Positions 1 to 13,234 are shown, numbered from the whole stretch's first letter. The stretch: DNA of 63,423 bases, filler included, from Folioceros fuciformis (GCA_049999805.1; 3 parts of 2 records of this genome joined end to end with filler, not necessarily neighbours in it), one strand, 5' to 3'. Numbers and translations are program-made. The notes: a model not told the origin generated them from the sequence alone.

Positions 1-2996
1 TCATTAACTGGCGTGGATACTGCAGACTGGGCTGTTGGTGCCTTCAACTGCTGGATGGGGTTGCTCTTCAAGTTAAACTGGTACAGGTCATTTTTGAGAG
101 TACATGTAGCCAACAACTTGTGTAGAGCAGCAGCCTCTCTCAGTGCAAGGCCATCCATGGTCATCTCAAGTGTAAGTAACGGAGGTGACAGGCGTCTAAG
201 TGATACAAGGTTTTTAGCCATCTGAGGAACATAGATAACCTCTAATAATGTGATGGGCTGACCTTGTGCAGGATGAAGGACAACGGTGCCATTGCCCTCT
301 ATACATATCCCGCTATCATCGCCTAGAAGTACAAACTGTCCCTTAGGAGAAGGTATAAAAGTGGTAAAGGTTGTGCTAGTGTTGCAGACATGTGTTGTGG
401 CACCTAAATCTAGGTACTAGGCATGCCTATCTTGTGAGGAGGAAACGATGCATACTGTGAGGATGGCCCATGTGCCTTTCTTGGAGGATACATAGGCAGA
501 TGGAGGAGCTTCTCTCTTGGCTTCGCCATTCTGCTTTTTGCGGCATTCAGACTCCACGTGGCCAGGAATCTTGCACCAAGTGCATGGGCCTCTCTTTGAA
601 GTGCTGGACTTCGAGGCTGGCCATGCTGGGCGAGGAGAGCTGGGCTTACAAGATGGGCGATTGCTACTTGGAGCACGCCGTCCTCGTCATCGGGACACGA
701 ACATGGCACGTGCAGCATTGTTGGAGGAGGAACCTCAGCCACGAGTGTGAGTAGCCTCCTCGTTTAACAGAGCACCAATAATGTCTGAGAGTGTGATTGG
801 TGATGGTGTGCCTGCAGCTACTGCTGCTTGGGCAGTCTAGATGTGTTGATTTTGAGTCACAAAGCTGTTATACTTTTCTGGTAGTGACATGAGAAGGGCC
901 ACTACAGCTTGAAGTTCATCAACAATTGTGCCGGCAGTAATTAATTTGGTGTGAAGCATCCTGAAGTGGCTGACATGGTTGTCAACAGTATCACCATCTC
1001 GCATTCTCAGGTTGTAGAAGGCACGTGCGGCATGGACCAATGATGTCACACTCTTCTTTTAGTGCACTTGGCAGAGAGAGTCCCAGATTGCCTTAGAGTT
1101 GTCTGCCTCTCGAGCATGAGACATCATGCTCAGGTCTAATGCAGACTGGGTCACATTTTGGGCACGCAGATCTTTTAATTTCCAGGCTTGTTTTTCAGTT
1201 GCAGTTGCAGCAGCTGGAGGCATTGGAATGATGCCAGTCACGTAGTCCCAGATTTCCAGTTCTTGCAAGATGGTCCGAACTCGAATCATCCAGAGGCCAA
1301 AGTGTTGACCACTAAACCTATCTCTATCTTTGAAGTCATACTTAAAATTGTTGACAGTGACATTTGCAGGAGGTGGAGGATTAGCCATGGCAGGGACAAA
1401 CGTATATTGGCTAAACTGGGTTTGACTTAGATCAAACAGGCGATCAGGGGATAAGGAAGAGGAGGTGTGTGAACTATGTATGGACCTTGGTGTGGAAGCA
1501 GTGCTGCTAGGTGAGGATGGCTGAACGGGGACTGCACCTGAGGCTCCCGTGCCAATGGTACTTGTAAAGATTGGTGAGGGATCTTGAAGGTCATAAGCTT
1601 CTGAAGAGTCAAAGGGATTTTCTGGAAAGACAGGAACTGGTGACACCTCTTCAGATCCGGAAGCTAGGGATGCTTCTGGTGTCCCCTCAGATCCGGGAGT
1701 AGGTGACGTTTCAGATGCCTCTACAGATCTAAGTCTTTCAGGTGATGCTTCAGATCTCGACCTTGCAGGTGTCATTCCAGATCTAGTAGGAATCCGGTGA
1801 GGTGGCCTCCCTGCTAGGCTTGGATCCCAAGGTTCCGACATATTCAAACACCATCTTCCTAGATTTCGCCTCGAGTGACATGTGTGTTAGGAGTGCAGCC
1901 ACTTCTGAAATAACGTCGTCCTTGGATCTTCTTTCAAGTAATATGCATGGCAATTCTGCAGTTAATGTCGTCGACCTTGCTGCGGAGGCGCTCCTCTTGA
2001 ACTTCATGCATCCGCCGAAAATCGCACAGTGTTGCGTGCGTGTGGTGGCGCTCCTCAGCAAACAGGTCACAGACAATCTTCAGCACCGGCTCTGCCNNNN
2101 NNNNNNNNNNNNNNNNNNNNNNNNNNNNNNNNNNNNNNNNNNNNNNNNNNNNNNNNNNNNNNNNNNNNNNNNNNNNNNNNNNNNNNNNNNNNNNNNCTTC
2201 CACAAGTGTTGCAAGAGCTCGCAACTTTGTGGATTGAAGGTGTGCTTTGTGCGGCCATTGCGAGGCATTGTTTAGGATAGAAGTCTAGTCGTTGACATAC
2301 CTTATGCAAGATTGTAGACTGACGACAGTGTGCAGGGGCTCCCGGTTATCATTACTTGTTTCCAAGTGTGAGAGGAGACACTAGGAAAGACGCGTAGATG
2401 ACCTGGTGCTCCTACACAGGCTTCTTTTCTACAGTGGATTGAGTCTTAGACACCAGTGAATTGATCACAGGTCATGCTAGAGGTGTGCATGGCTGATTGT
2501 ACTGTGCAGGCAAAGACCAAATCAGGACGCAATCTAGCGACCTTCGAACGCGGGTTCATCAGGATGGCTTGCTGCTCCTTGGCGCCAGGTGCGCGGACGC
2601 TATGCATAGTAGTGGTTGACGACCTCTGCCAAGAAAGCTTCCGTTATTACGCCAAATCGGGTGGGGAGAGTCTGAGTGCTTGAGTTGCTGCACGAAAAAT
2701 TCTCGTGTGACAGACTCTTAATACAGCACTCGGATTTGCAGATCTCACACACGCTGGAGGGCGACATGGCAAGATCCATAGACCGGCTCTGATACCATAG
2801 CGTAAATAGGATCGACAGGCTAGCGTAGGAAAGAAGCATAAATGAGTGAGAATTAATTAATATGTGTGAGTGAGGCCTTTTATGGCCGTGTCCCGTGAAC
2901 CTGTACGACGGTTGACGGGTAACGATTCGTTAGGGCACGTTTTGTGCCTGTTCGTATTACGTGTGTATGCTTAACCTAAATCTATGCTTAACGCCG
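1..2996 (-). mobile_element. Ty1/Copia LTR retrotransposon A: 5' LTR, PBS, gag and protease, decayed; runs off the window start
   Basis: The PBS TGGTATCAGAGC (tRNA-iMet) lies on the minus strand at 2786-2797. The gag motif KDRDRFSGQHFGLW is in ORF 1059-1847. The zinc knuckle CTWCKIPGHVESEC is near 540-583. The protease motif (W>*)YLDLGATTHVC is near 385-420. Stops and frameshifts are present. Confidence 0.9.
2798..2996 (-). repeat. Probable 5' LTR of Copia A (~200 bp)
   Basis: It abuts the PBS. The ends form degenerate inverted termini (plus strand TAGCGTAAA ... TTAACGCCG). Integrase sequence of a different element starts right after it. Confidence 0.55.
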
Positions 2997-5900
2997 AGAA
3001 GTGGGCTATCCTAGGGCAACCATCTCTCGTTAGGGGAGGCTGCCAATTCGCTTCTGGGCAGAAGTCGTTCAAGTTGCCAGTTATTTACAGAACAAAACAA
3101 GTGTTTCTTCTCATCGTGGACAGATGCCTTTTTAAACCTGGACAAAGTAACCCGTTCTACCCGATCTAACACATCTCCGAGTGTTTGGGAGTACTGCATA
3201 CCCTCACATCCCAGATAAGCTTTATCAAAAAATTTCCTACAAGTCTAAGAAGCATATTTTTATTGGGTATACTGTTGGAATCCATGGATACAAGTTATTT
3301 GATCCTACCTCTCACAAAGTTTCTCATGCCCGAACAGTTGTCTTTGAGGAGTCCTTAATTCCCCTTCAGGTGATTCTCATGATTTCATAGAATTGCCGGC
3401 ATTTGATGATGTCGATGATGTTGAGCTTGATGATTTGGAGGAGTCACATTTTCCAGTTTTTTATGCTTCTTTTTGTGTTGCTTTGGATGACCCTCTAGGT
3501 CATCCCGTCTCTCTTGTTCTTCCCTCTGCTCTAGTTATCGTTGTCCCTCATTCTGCAACTGTTCCTCAACCTGTACAAGTGCCAGATGTAGGTTTAGATG
3601 ATTTTGATCACAATGACCCCCCACTTGATAGTGCTTCTAGTGATTCTAACCGTGATCCACCAAACATACATGAGTTCGAACCGGCACCTGTTCCACCTCT
3701 TCATAGGTCTGCTCGTGTACACATGCCTCCTTCTTAGTGCATTGAACCTCCCTATTGTGCTGAGGATTTTCGTAATGCTAATGCCCATTTTATAGTTAAC
3801 CCTGGACATGAGCCACAATCATATAAGGAAGCCCTTAGTGGACTTGCGGCTAAACCGTGGGAGGCAGCCATTCAATCTGAATACGACTCTCTTATTCAAA
3901 ATCATACCTGGGAAGTCTGCCCTCCACCTCAGGGGAGGAAGATCGTCACCTTGAAGTGGGTCTTCAAGTTGAAATATGAGGCTGACGGCAGCATCTCCAG
4001 GTATAAGGCATGTCTAGTGGCTCGGGATTTCTCTCAGGTAGCTGGGTTAGACTATCATGACACGTTCTCTCCCGTTGTCAAAGCTCAATCCTTGAGAGTT
4101 CTCTTTCCTATGTGTGCCTATTTCAAGCTGTACATACACCAAATGGATATTAAGACTGCATTTCTCTATGGTAAGTTGGAGGAGGAGATATTTATGCACC
4201 AGCCTGAAGGGTATGAGCTGCAAGGCAAGAGGCACTAGGTCTGCAAGTTGCTCAAGACAATCTACGAGCTGAAATAGAGCCCACGAGCTTGGTATTATTG
4301 CATCAATGAGTTCTTACTAGAGCTTGGCTTCCAGAACAGCTTAGCCGACACCAATGTGTATCTCCTACAGCACGAAACAAGCTATGTTATTTTAGCTCTC
4401 TATGTTGATGACTGCATACTTGTGGGCACTGACTTAGCAAGAATTAAGAAGGTGAAGTCACTCTTATCTGGTCATTTCGACATGGTTGATATCAGTAAGC
4501 TCTCCTACTGCCTTGGCACCCAGCTTATGCGAGACAGTGAGTTTGGAACGTTAGCCATCCATCAAGAGAAGTACATCTATGATATTTTATTCAAATATAA
4601 GCTCACAGATGCAAAGCCAGCACTTACCCCTTAGAAGCAAGTTGCAAGCTAAGTAAGTCGTAGTCTCCTCAGTCAGATATTGAACATGAAGAGGCGTCTT
4701 AAATGCCCTATCCACAAGTTGTAGGCTCCCTGATTTTCTGTTCAAATCATACAAGACCAGATGCAGCATTTGTTGTTAGCTCAATATCTCAGTATCTTAA
4801 AGACCCTGGTCATCCTCATTAGTATGTAGTTAAGCGTATCCTTAGGTATCTTAAGGGTACTAATAACCATGGGATTACCTACAGTAATCAGGGTAGCCTG
4901 TGGTAATGAAAATGAATCATTCACCTTAGTAGGATACTGTGATGCCGATGGGGCAGTAGATTCAGATACCAGAAAGTCTTGGTTAGCTTATTCTTTTCTG
5001 TTAGCTGGTGGAGCAGTCATGTGGTCCTCAAAGAAGCAAGCGACTATATCTCTTTCCTCAACAGAAGCAGAATAGTCAGCATTGACAAAGGCAGCCAAGG
5101 AGGCCATTTGGCTTAGGAGGTTACTTTCAGACTTGGGACAGTCACAGACAGAGCCTACTGTCATATACTGTGACAATCAGTTAGCTTTCGCTTTGGCCTA
5201 GAATCCTGTGTTCCACGCACGAACTAAGCATATCAAAGTGCATCATAAAGATGAAGTGAGCACAGGGCGGATAAAACTTGAGTATGTCTCGACAAATTCA
5301 AATGCCGCAGATATACTTACTAAGTCGTTGCCAAGGGTTAAGCACAATCAGTTCAAGGAGGCTCTAGGAGTACTGGAGCCCAAGCATGGCTTGACCCTAC
5401 ACAAAAGTGGCTAAAGTCTGTACAGTTTGTGAGGGAGCTAGTGACAACAAGGACAACAAAATTCAGATGCAATTACAACCTATCTTCTAGGCCTAGGAGG
5501 AGTCATGCTCCTCATCAGAAGTTGGCTGGTTTAGAAATTTCTTCACCTCATAGTCCGTGCCTCCCTCACTACCAGAGGGCTGGTCCCAAATCATCGTGGT
5601 CTCCTCATACAGCTTATCCTTGGACACTGTAGGAACATGACAATATGCAGTTAAGTGTTTTATTACTAGCATTGCTCCTAACCACAACAACAGTAGGAGA
5701 ATGTCAGAAGAGCCTACACAAGACCCTTACCGTAGAGTGAAATGAAGTTGCCCCCATGTCCACCCCATTTGTACCATCTCTCGCGCACCATGTGAATTCT
5801 AGTAGAGGTGCATACATAGTTCTCAGGTGTGAGAGGGTCGTTTGCTCCGTTCCCGTCAAAAATTAAGCGTCTTCTCTTCTTCAAGTCAAATGTTGGGAGT

Positions 5901-6760
5901 GCAAGTTTTCTAGGGATGAAGTTAGCAGGTACCACAACCTTGTTGCTCTCCATCTCGTTAGTGCTCGCCATCATTTTCAATTTCCTCTCCAAGTTGTTTG
6001 GGTAGGAGAGCTTCTTCTTAGCTACTTTCAGCTTTTGCTTTAGAAGGCTAATTTCATGAGCTAGCTTGGCTTTTCCCTCCTCTAGACCCTTCGTGACTTC
6101 TCTCCAGTGCTGTGTCATTTGATAGAACTCCTCTCCTTCCATGACACGCCATTTTTGTATTGTGTTAAGATGGACAGGACAACAAGGAGGAGAGGAACCC
6201 CTGCAATTGCACAGGTCGATGTGGACATGAGTCTTCTTCATCTGGCTTGATGTCGTGTCACTCCCCTCCTTGGCAGTGAGAAGATCATCAGTATCAGATA
6301 AGGTGATCGGGGCAGCGGCTGTTCCCCCTGCCATGCTAGTTGCGACGATGCTGAGGTTACAGACCTGAAAGTTGATGGAATGGACACGAGAAGTCCTTGA
6401 CTATGAAGATGTAACCAAGCCAGCTGAAGATCGTCAAAGCGGGAGTACTTTCAGTTCGTAGGTTTGCTGGCGGGAGTACTTTCAGNNNNNNNNNNTTCGT
6501 AGGTTTGCTGGCGGGAGTACTTTCAGTTCGTAGGTTTGCTGGGGGAACATGTGGTAGATGACAGTTTTTAATGTCATTTATTTCTAGGTATACCAATGAG
6601 TGGGAGTGTTAAGAATACCATAAGGTAGGTATTCAGTTCATTGGGTTATTTGTTCATACTTTAGCTTAATTATTTTAGGTTTAATGAGCAGTTATAACTG
6701 GTTATTTGTTCATACTTTAGCTTAATTATTTTAGGTTTAATGAGCAGTTATAACTGCCAC
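2997..6760 (+). mobile_element. Ty1/Copia element B: integrase C-terminal part, RT, RNase H, 3' region, PPT and start of 3' LTR; decayed
   Basis: Motifs seen: LPIRFWAEVV and HLRVFGS (integrase), KWVFKLK...YKACLVAR and YVDD (RT), GYCDAD, SSTEAE and NAADILTKSL (RNase H). A PPT-like AATGAGTGGGAG at 6595-6606 is followed by TGTTAAG at 6607. The right end is approximate. Confidence 0.9.
5714..6334 (-). CDS. Antisense accessory ORF (206 aa) in the 3' internal region of Copia B; function unknown
   Basis: The ORF is ATG-initiated and open, although the pol beside it is full of stops. It has a Cys/His cluster (HIDLCNC...CCPVH), a predicted coiled coil and a KKRRR basic cluster. Confidence 0.55.
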   Translation of the reverse strand: MAGGTAAAPITLSDTDDLLTAKEGSDTTSSQMKKTHVHIDLCNCRGSSPPCCPVHLNTIQKWRVMEGEEFYQMTQHWREVTKGLEEGKAKLAHEISLLKQKLKVAKKKLSYPNNLERKLKMMASTNEMESNKVVVPANFIPRKLALPTFDLKKRRRLIFDGNGANDPLTPENYVCTSTRIHMVRERWYKWGGHGGNFISLYGKGLV

Positions 6761-7259
6761 CCAAACTCATGTTGAGATGTCACCCCCGCCATGCTCAAAG
6801 GAGGTTAAAACAAGTTAGTTGAAGCAAGATGCAGAATCCCAAGTTAGTTGAAGCAAGNNNNNNNNNNAAGATGCAGAATCCCAAGTTAGTTGAAGCAAGA
6901 TGCAGAATCCCAAGGCTCTTAAACTCAAATAAAAAGGAGAATTACAAAAACAACACAATACAAGTGAAGAGGGAATTAGACTGCATATACTAAGTGGGTT
7001 CATCCCTTCTTTTATGGACCTATGGGTGGCACTCTCATTTCGTGCCCAATATGGGATAAATGACCCCAAACCCTACAATACTTCTTTTGCCTAACATAGC
7101 AAAGTTTAATAAGCTATATATATATATATTAATCATAACCTTAATCACTCTTACCACTAATTAGTACAAACTCAATAGGCTGGATTAGCACTAATTAATA
7201 TCAACATTAATCATGCTTAACAATTCATGCTATATGTAACCATGTTTTAGGTATCGTAA

Positions 7260-10090
7260 TGTAATGTTTTATGCTGCTTCTGCCTTCTTGCGATCTGCAC
7301 CTAGCAATTAGATCCGTCACATGCTATGGGAAAAAGGATGACACGCTCTATGCTCTCAAGGTTGCCTCACTTTGAAGAGCAACCAACTAGGCCAAGACAT
7401 TGACTAAAGCAGAAACAACCGAGCTTTGGCACTTACGCTGAGGTCACCCTAGCCCGATGCACATAAAAACCATGCAACCAAGCTAGCTCTACGAATAAGC
7501 CTTTCTAGAATTCAATAACTCTCTATTTTGTGAAGGATGCAAGCCAAGAAAAAACAAGGAGATAGCTTACCCAAGGGCCCCATCTCATTGTGCTATTGAG
7601 ATTCTTTAACTATTATATATTGACCCATATGGGCTCATGTCCATACAATCATTGGAGGAGCGTTCTACTTTATGCCCATCATCATTGACAAGTTACATAT
7701 GATTCACACCTACTTTCTTCGCCTTAAGGGCAAGGGCTTCGCTAAGACACTATGGCTGAACTTTGGACTAGCTACAAACTAAAATGTATATGCTCGGATG
7801 GAGGTGGTGAGTTTCATTTTGGTGAATTTAACTCTTACTTTATTGAAAGAGGGATCACTTGGCAAGTGAGTGTTCCCTGCACCCACGCACAAAATGGTGT
7901 TGCCAAGAATTGCAACCACAGGCTCTAGGAAATGGCTCAAGCCATGCTTTCTCATGCGACTCTATCTTGTGGCTACTGGGCTAAGGGGGTTGCTATTGTA
8001 ACACACCATGTGAATTGACTGCCCACATNNNNNNNNNNGTAACACACCATGTGAATTGACTGCCCACATATGCTCTTCTGACACTAACTCTCTTAAGGGG
8101 GTTGCTATTGTAACACACCATGTGAATTGACTGCCCGCATATGCTCTTCTGACACTAACTCTCTTTGAGTCATGGACCAGCATTAAGCCCTCCCTCGCTC
8201 ATCTTTGCATCTTTGGGGCTGATGCATGCTCATGGACATCTAAGGAGAAACATCACCAGCTCTTCGATCTCAAGACGCGCAAATTCGATGCTCGCGCACA
8301 AAAGCAACTATTGGTTGGATACATTGACAGTGTGAAAGGCCATAAACTTCTTCACACAACAACACACTAGACCATAGTCTCTCAAAGTGTTTATGTCCGT
8401 GAGAACCTTGATTAATGTGCTATAGGAGCTAGCGGGAGCATTATTGGCTCTCTCTCTAACCTTGACAACCCAAATCGCAATGTGAAGAAGGACATAGTAT
8501 TGATTGAACTTTGTTAGGATTTTGGTAAAGCGGAGCTTAGAAAATCACATGATTAGCANNNNNNNNNNATCAGAGTAACCCTAGTGGCGTGGTTACAGAC
8601 TTTTCAGTCTTAACAAACTTAAGAGCACCAAGTTGCTTAAGCCCCTCATGCATTGTAGCCTCCACTGCCACAACCTATGGTTGAAGCCGGTCTATTGCAT
8701 CCTCCAGCTATCAATGCAAGCCAAGCTCTAAATCAAAGCCCTATCCTTGCTAGAGAAGATCCACCAACAACAGTTGTTATTCCAAAGAGATGTCAATCCA
8801 CACAAGCTCATCGGCATCCTGCTTATCTTGATGACTACCATGTCTTAGGTCTTGCTTCACGACAATCTGCCATTGTAGATGTAACCCTTGCTCTTTTCGA
8901 AGTGGATAATCTACTCGCGGAGACAAGGGCTGAAATTGATACTTCCGACACTCTTGTGGCAAGAGCAATGTTAGCTGCAATCCACGTGCTTAAGCGAACA
9001 AGCTTGGAAGAAGCACTTAGATCATTGGACAAGGAAGGATAGATGAAGGCTTTCCAATAGGAATATGACTCTTTCATTGAGTTGAAGATATAGGTTGCCA
9101 CCCCACTTCCCCTGGTCGCAAGGCTATAAAATGCAAATGGACAGTCAAACGAAAGCTGAAGTCTGATGGAATGATAAAAAGGCTGAAGGCAAGGCTTGTG
9201 GCTAAAGGTTACAGTCAAAGCTGAAGTATGATGAAATGATAAAAAGGCTGAAGGCAAGGCTTGTGGCTAAAGGTTACAGTCAAAGGCATGGGCTTAACTA
9301 TAGAGACAACATCATAGCACATGTGGTGACTGCCCAATCAATTAGATTCCCCTTAGCACTTGTTGCTGAGTATGATCTTGACATACACCAGCTTGGTATC
9401 TCAATAGAATTGTGTATGCTACGTTGAAGGAGACAATCTAAATGGAGCAACCACCTATGTATGAAGATGCATAGAGGCTTTCCTTGGCAAGTCATATTTG
9501 ATGTGTGAAGAGAATTTACCATTATCTTAAAGGTACGTCTCATCGTGGAATCACATACAAGACATCAAGTGATGAAGTGCTTAATTTCAAGGGTTGGTCC
9601 CATTCCAACTAGGTATTCGACCCTCATGCTCGACAAAGCTTTGCAATTGTTGGGGAGGATTTACCATATGGTGGTTAAGTAAGAAGCTTGCCATGATCTC
9701 CACATTAAGTGTTGTAAGCGAATGTGGTGCCTTATCCAAAGGTGGCAAAGAAATTGTGCATTGTAGGTAGATTCTCAAAGACATTGGCTATGTACATGCT
9801 AATCCGTTTTGCACAGTGACAACACCACAACCATTGCTTTGACTGAGGGTGATAAGTTCCATACTAGGACTAAAGCATATAGAAGTTGCAGATCACTTCA
9901 TAAGGTAACTAGCATCTAGGGGTGTTGTTAAGCTCCTATATGTGCTTACAGAGTCCAATCTAGCAAACCTCCTCACAAAGTCATTAGGCAAAGCCAGGCA
10001 TGAAACACTCACCTCTACTCTAGGCCTAATGAATACAAGGAAAAATTCTCCAACAAATACAAGGATGGATGCTAGAGCTGAGCACGAGTA
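7260..10090 (+). mobile_element. Ty1/Copia element C: highly degenerate pol remnant
   Basis: Remnant motifs: ELWHLR*GHP (7421), SDGGGEF and QNGVA (integrase), RLKARLVAKGYSQ (RT), NLANLLTKSLG (RNase H). There are many stops and frameshifts, and the boundaries are approximate. Confidence 0.85.
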
Positions 10091-10311
10091 ATGAAGTGAT
10101 AGTCCAAGGCCTTAGCTAAATCGTCACCAACAACTCTACATCCTAGAGACATATGTCATCCACATGAATCATTGCACCTCTCCATCCATCACCCTGTACA
10201 AACAACATGATAAGAATACTCAACCTATAATAGCCTTTAACTTTCCGAACAATATGATTAGTGTTCTACCGCAAAACTTTCGTGCAACCTAGCCATAGTT
10301 TTTCCTCACAG

Positions 10312-10474
10312 TATGGCAATTAACTCTACCATGTTGAGCCAATAGTTAGTTAATGGAACGAGTGCCCCGTAGCTACAAGCTTGCTAGGTGCTTGAAGAAG
10401 TACACTATGGCAATTAACTACCCTAGTGAGCTAGTAGTTAGTTAATGAAAAGAGTGCCCCATAGCTACAAGCTT
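10312..10474. repeat. Two-copy imperfect direct repeat, period ~94 bp
   Basis: TATGGCAATTAACT...TAGTTAGTTAATG...GAGTGCCCC.TAGCTACAAGCTT occurs at 10312-10382 and 10406-10474. Confidence 0.8.
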
Positions 10475-11261
10475 ACAAGACATTGAAAAGCTTGTCATTA
10501 TGGTGCAAAGCGGCTTCGTAGGCATGGAGCTAGCCTTGTCCAAAGACATATGTTGCTAATAGAGCCTCGCACCAGATAGGTGGGTTGATAATCTAAAAAT
10601 CTATAGATGCCTGGAGGGTGGACACATCCATCTGAAAAGATGGAGGTGAAGAATTAAAGTTGAAAAATTGCCGCACCTCAATATATGAAGGACTCTAAAG
10701 TTCTTCTGCAAGAATCGGATCCAGTAAGGTGCAGCCTGCGCACCATGGTGTTTGACTTAGCTGACAGCCTTACTTTTAAAATGTGAGAAAGAAATAAATA
10801 TTTCAACTAGACTGATGTACGCTGTGGCGACGGGTGTATCAAAAATCCATCACTTCCATACACACGAGTGGCTCCCGACAAAGCCTATGTACGATGTAAT
10901 ATCTGAGCCTGTCGGTGGGATATATCACACACCCTAACCTTTGGAGGAGAGGACGATCCTGGGAGTTCGTTGATGGGGCTTCCAGAGGCATGTAGGTCGT
11001 CGAAATACGTACTGGAGATGCACCAACCAGAGAGAGGTTGAACATCGAGCGCAACAGTCAGAACACAACTCTGATCCAAGAGCTTGCATCAAGGCCAAGT
11101 CCTCGTTCGTGCGCCTGGTGAAAGCAAGGGTGTTTCCCGGTTATGGATAATTTGTCTGGATGACTGCTTCCTTGAGCTTAGTAGCCTGGTCGCGGGCACG
11201 TTCACGACGGTCGTGCCAACCAGCGCTGCCCTAAATCCGAGAGGTGTAGCGCATTCCGGCG

Positions 11262-12186
11262 ATGGCTGCGTCGGATTTGTTTGCTCCTCAGGTGGTTTTG
11301 GAAACCACCATGGGGTCGATCACGGTGGAGGTAAGGCTGACGATGAGAGGTGTTGAGGTAGCTGCCCCTATCTTGCTTTCATTCAAATGTCTGAGCTGCT
11401 CCATGCGTTCCGGCAGCTCTACGTTAAGCAGGCACCGAAGACGTGCCGAAACTTCATGGAGCTTTCAAGGAGAGGGTACTACGATCAGGTCAAGTTCCAC
11501 AGGGTCATCAAGGTGAGTGACTGGAGGCCGCGTGGAGCGGATCGGACACGGACATGAGGGTATGCAGATACGCGTAGGTTTTTCTGGCCCCGGCTGACGC
11601 TTGCGCTTGATCCCCAGGACTTCATGGTGCAAGGAGGCGATCCCACAGGCACCGGCAGAGGGGGAGAGTCGATCTACGGGTGCGTTGTCTGTGCACTGGG
11701 GTGTCAACGTGCTGCAGTTTAGGGTTTTAATGTGGTCTGCACCAAATGCATCAGCCCCAAGTTCGAAGACGAGGTTACACGAGAATTGAAGCACACCGGT
11801 GCCGGGATACTGTCGATGGCGAACTCAGGTCCAAATACCAATGGGAGCCAGTTTTTCATCACTCTGGCTCCGACACCGTGGTTGGATGGTGAGCTTGTTC
11901 TCCCGCGTTTCGGGACACTCAGGATTGTACACAGGCCTGTGGTTGCTAATCTGTTCCCTCTCTTGTGCTCTGCTGCCAGGCAAGCACACCATCTTTGGGA
12001 GGGTGATGAGGGGCATGGACGTGGTGAAACAGCTCGGCAACGTGCACACGGACAAGAGTGACAGGTTCAGTATCTTCCCAAAAGTTGAACTTGCCTGTGG
12101 CACGGGCTGAAGAGTCTGATAATGTTTCTGCTACTGGCAGGCCTATCCATGACGTGAAAATTATCAGGACGCATGTGATGGACTAG
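11262..12186 (+). CDS. PPIL1: Cyclophilin-type peptidyl-prolyl isomerase, PPIL1/CYP18-2-like, 6 exons (11262-11330, 11417-11512, 11618-11679, 11755-11888, 11980-12064, 12141-12186)
   Basis: The spliced translation has [35 protein letters not shown] and [35 protein letters not shown]. All introns are GT-AG and in phase. Confidence 0.95.
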
Positions 12187-13234
12187 GTTTCATCCATCAC
12201 TGTCGGCCCCACTACAAAGTTTGAATTGAATCGAGTCACCTCCACCAGGCAGCAAGTTACTGCACTGGAAGTGGTTCACATGCTAAGTCGAAAGAGACTT
12301 ATTCCACTAGCTACAGATTCTGGAACCCTCAAAGTACTCGGGTACACCAACAGACGTACATATATATATATACAAGCACTCTCCATGCGTACAGAGGTGG
12401 GCATCTGCCGTGTGTCGGATATCGACAACAATGCTTACCCTGAGCAATCAGCCAGGGCCCCTCCAACAGATTGGACTGGACTGGAGCAGGACATTCCCGA
12501 GGTCGAGGGGGAGTGAAAAAAATCTCTGGATCATCCGTGAGCTGCAATTGGTGGTGACTGCCCCTTCATATCTCAAGGCCCAACAGCAGCCACAAACAAG
12601 CAGACAGTCCTCTGGCCAACTCCGGGTCCTGAGCTGGCAGGCAGGGCAGGCGCTGTAATCCACAACACCGGCTGCAGCCGGTGATGGGAACGATATTCTT
12701 GTCAGGACATGGACACTACCGACGACCGTCGACGCGGCAGGGCACCATTGCCGCTACCTCCTTGTGGCTCAGGTCCTCCGGGTGTGTCGGCCCCACGTGT
12801 CCGTGTCAAAGGCGTCACATGTGGACTGTAATGCTGCGTCTGACTCAGACCTACCCCACCCTAGCCTAAGAACTGAGCCAGAGATTCGATCCTGCGACCT
12901 TCCTAATGCCAGTCCTGAGCCTTTGCAACCCCACCACCAGATCATCACCAAATATCACGCCTCAAAAAAATCACGCCACAAAAAAATCACGCTCTACCGC
13001 CGCCACCAGCCGGCGAGCTGTGCAATGTACGTACCCCCTATATACGAGACGGTAGGGCACGAGGTTTTGCCACTCTTCTCCTTGCTTACATCTGCTTCAC
13101 ATTCCGTGTGGATGTGGTGAAGGAAATACGCGCGCCTGCCCGTCGTTCATGTTTGGTCATGTCACGCCATTGTCAGGCGTGCAAGTACGCACACATCCGT
13201 CCAGCAAGCCGGCTCGCCTACCTCCGTGTCAGCG

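Noticed and set aside
6436-6915. Near-identical short duplications (6436-6542, 6644-6755, 6815-6912)
   Set aside because: Two of them flank 10-N gaps, as expected from contig-end overlap. They are likely assembly artefacts or trivial tandem duplications, and they are not a CRISPR-like array.
7334-7346. AAGGATGACACGC matches part of U6 snRNA
   Set aside because: The match is only 13 nt with no other U6 sequence nearby. It lies in Copia coding remnant (GKKDDTLYAL).
7985-8160. Repeated block in the integrase of Copia C, and a ~65-bp duplication at ~9152-9286
   Set aside because: These are local duplications in a dead element, and the first is next to an N gap.
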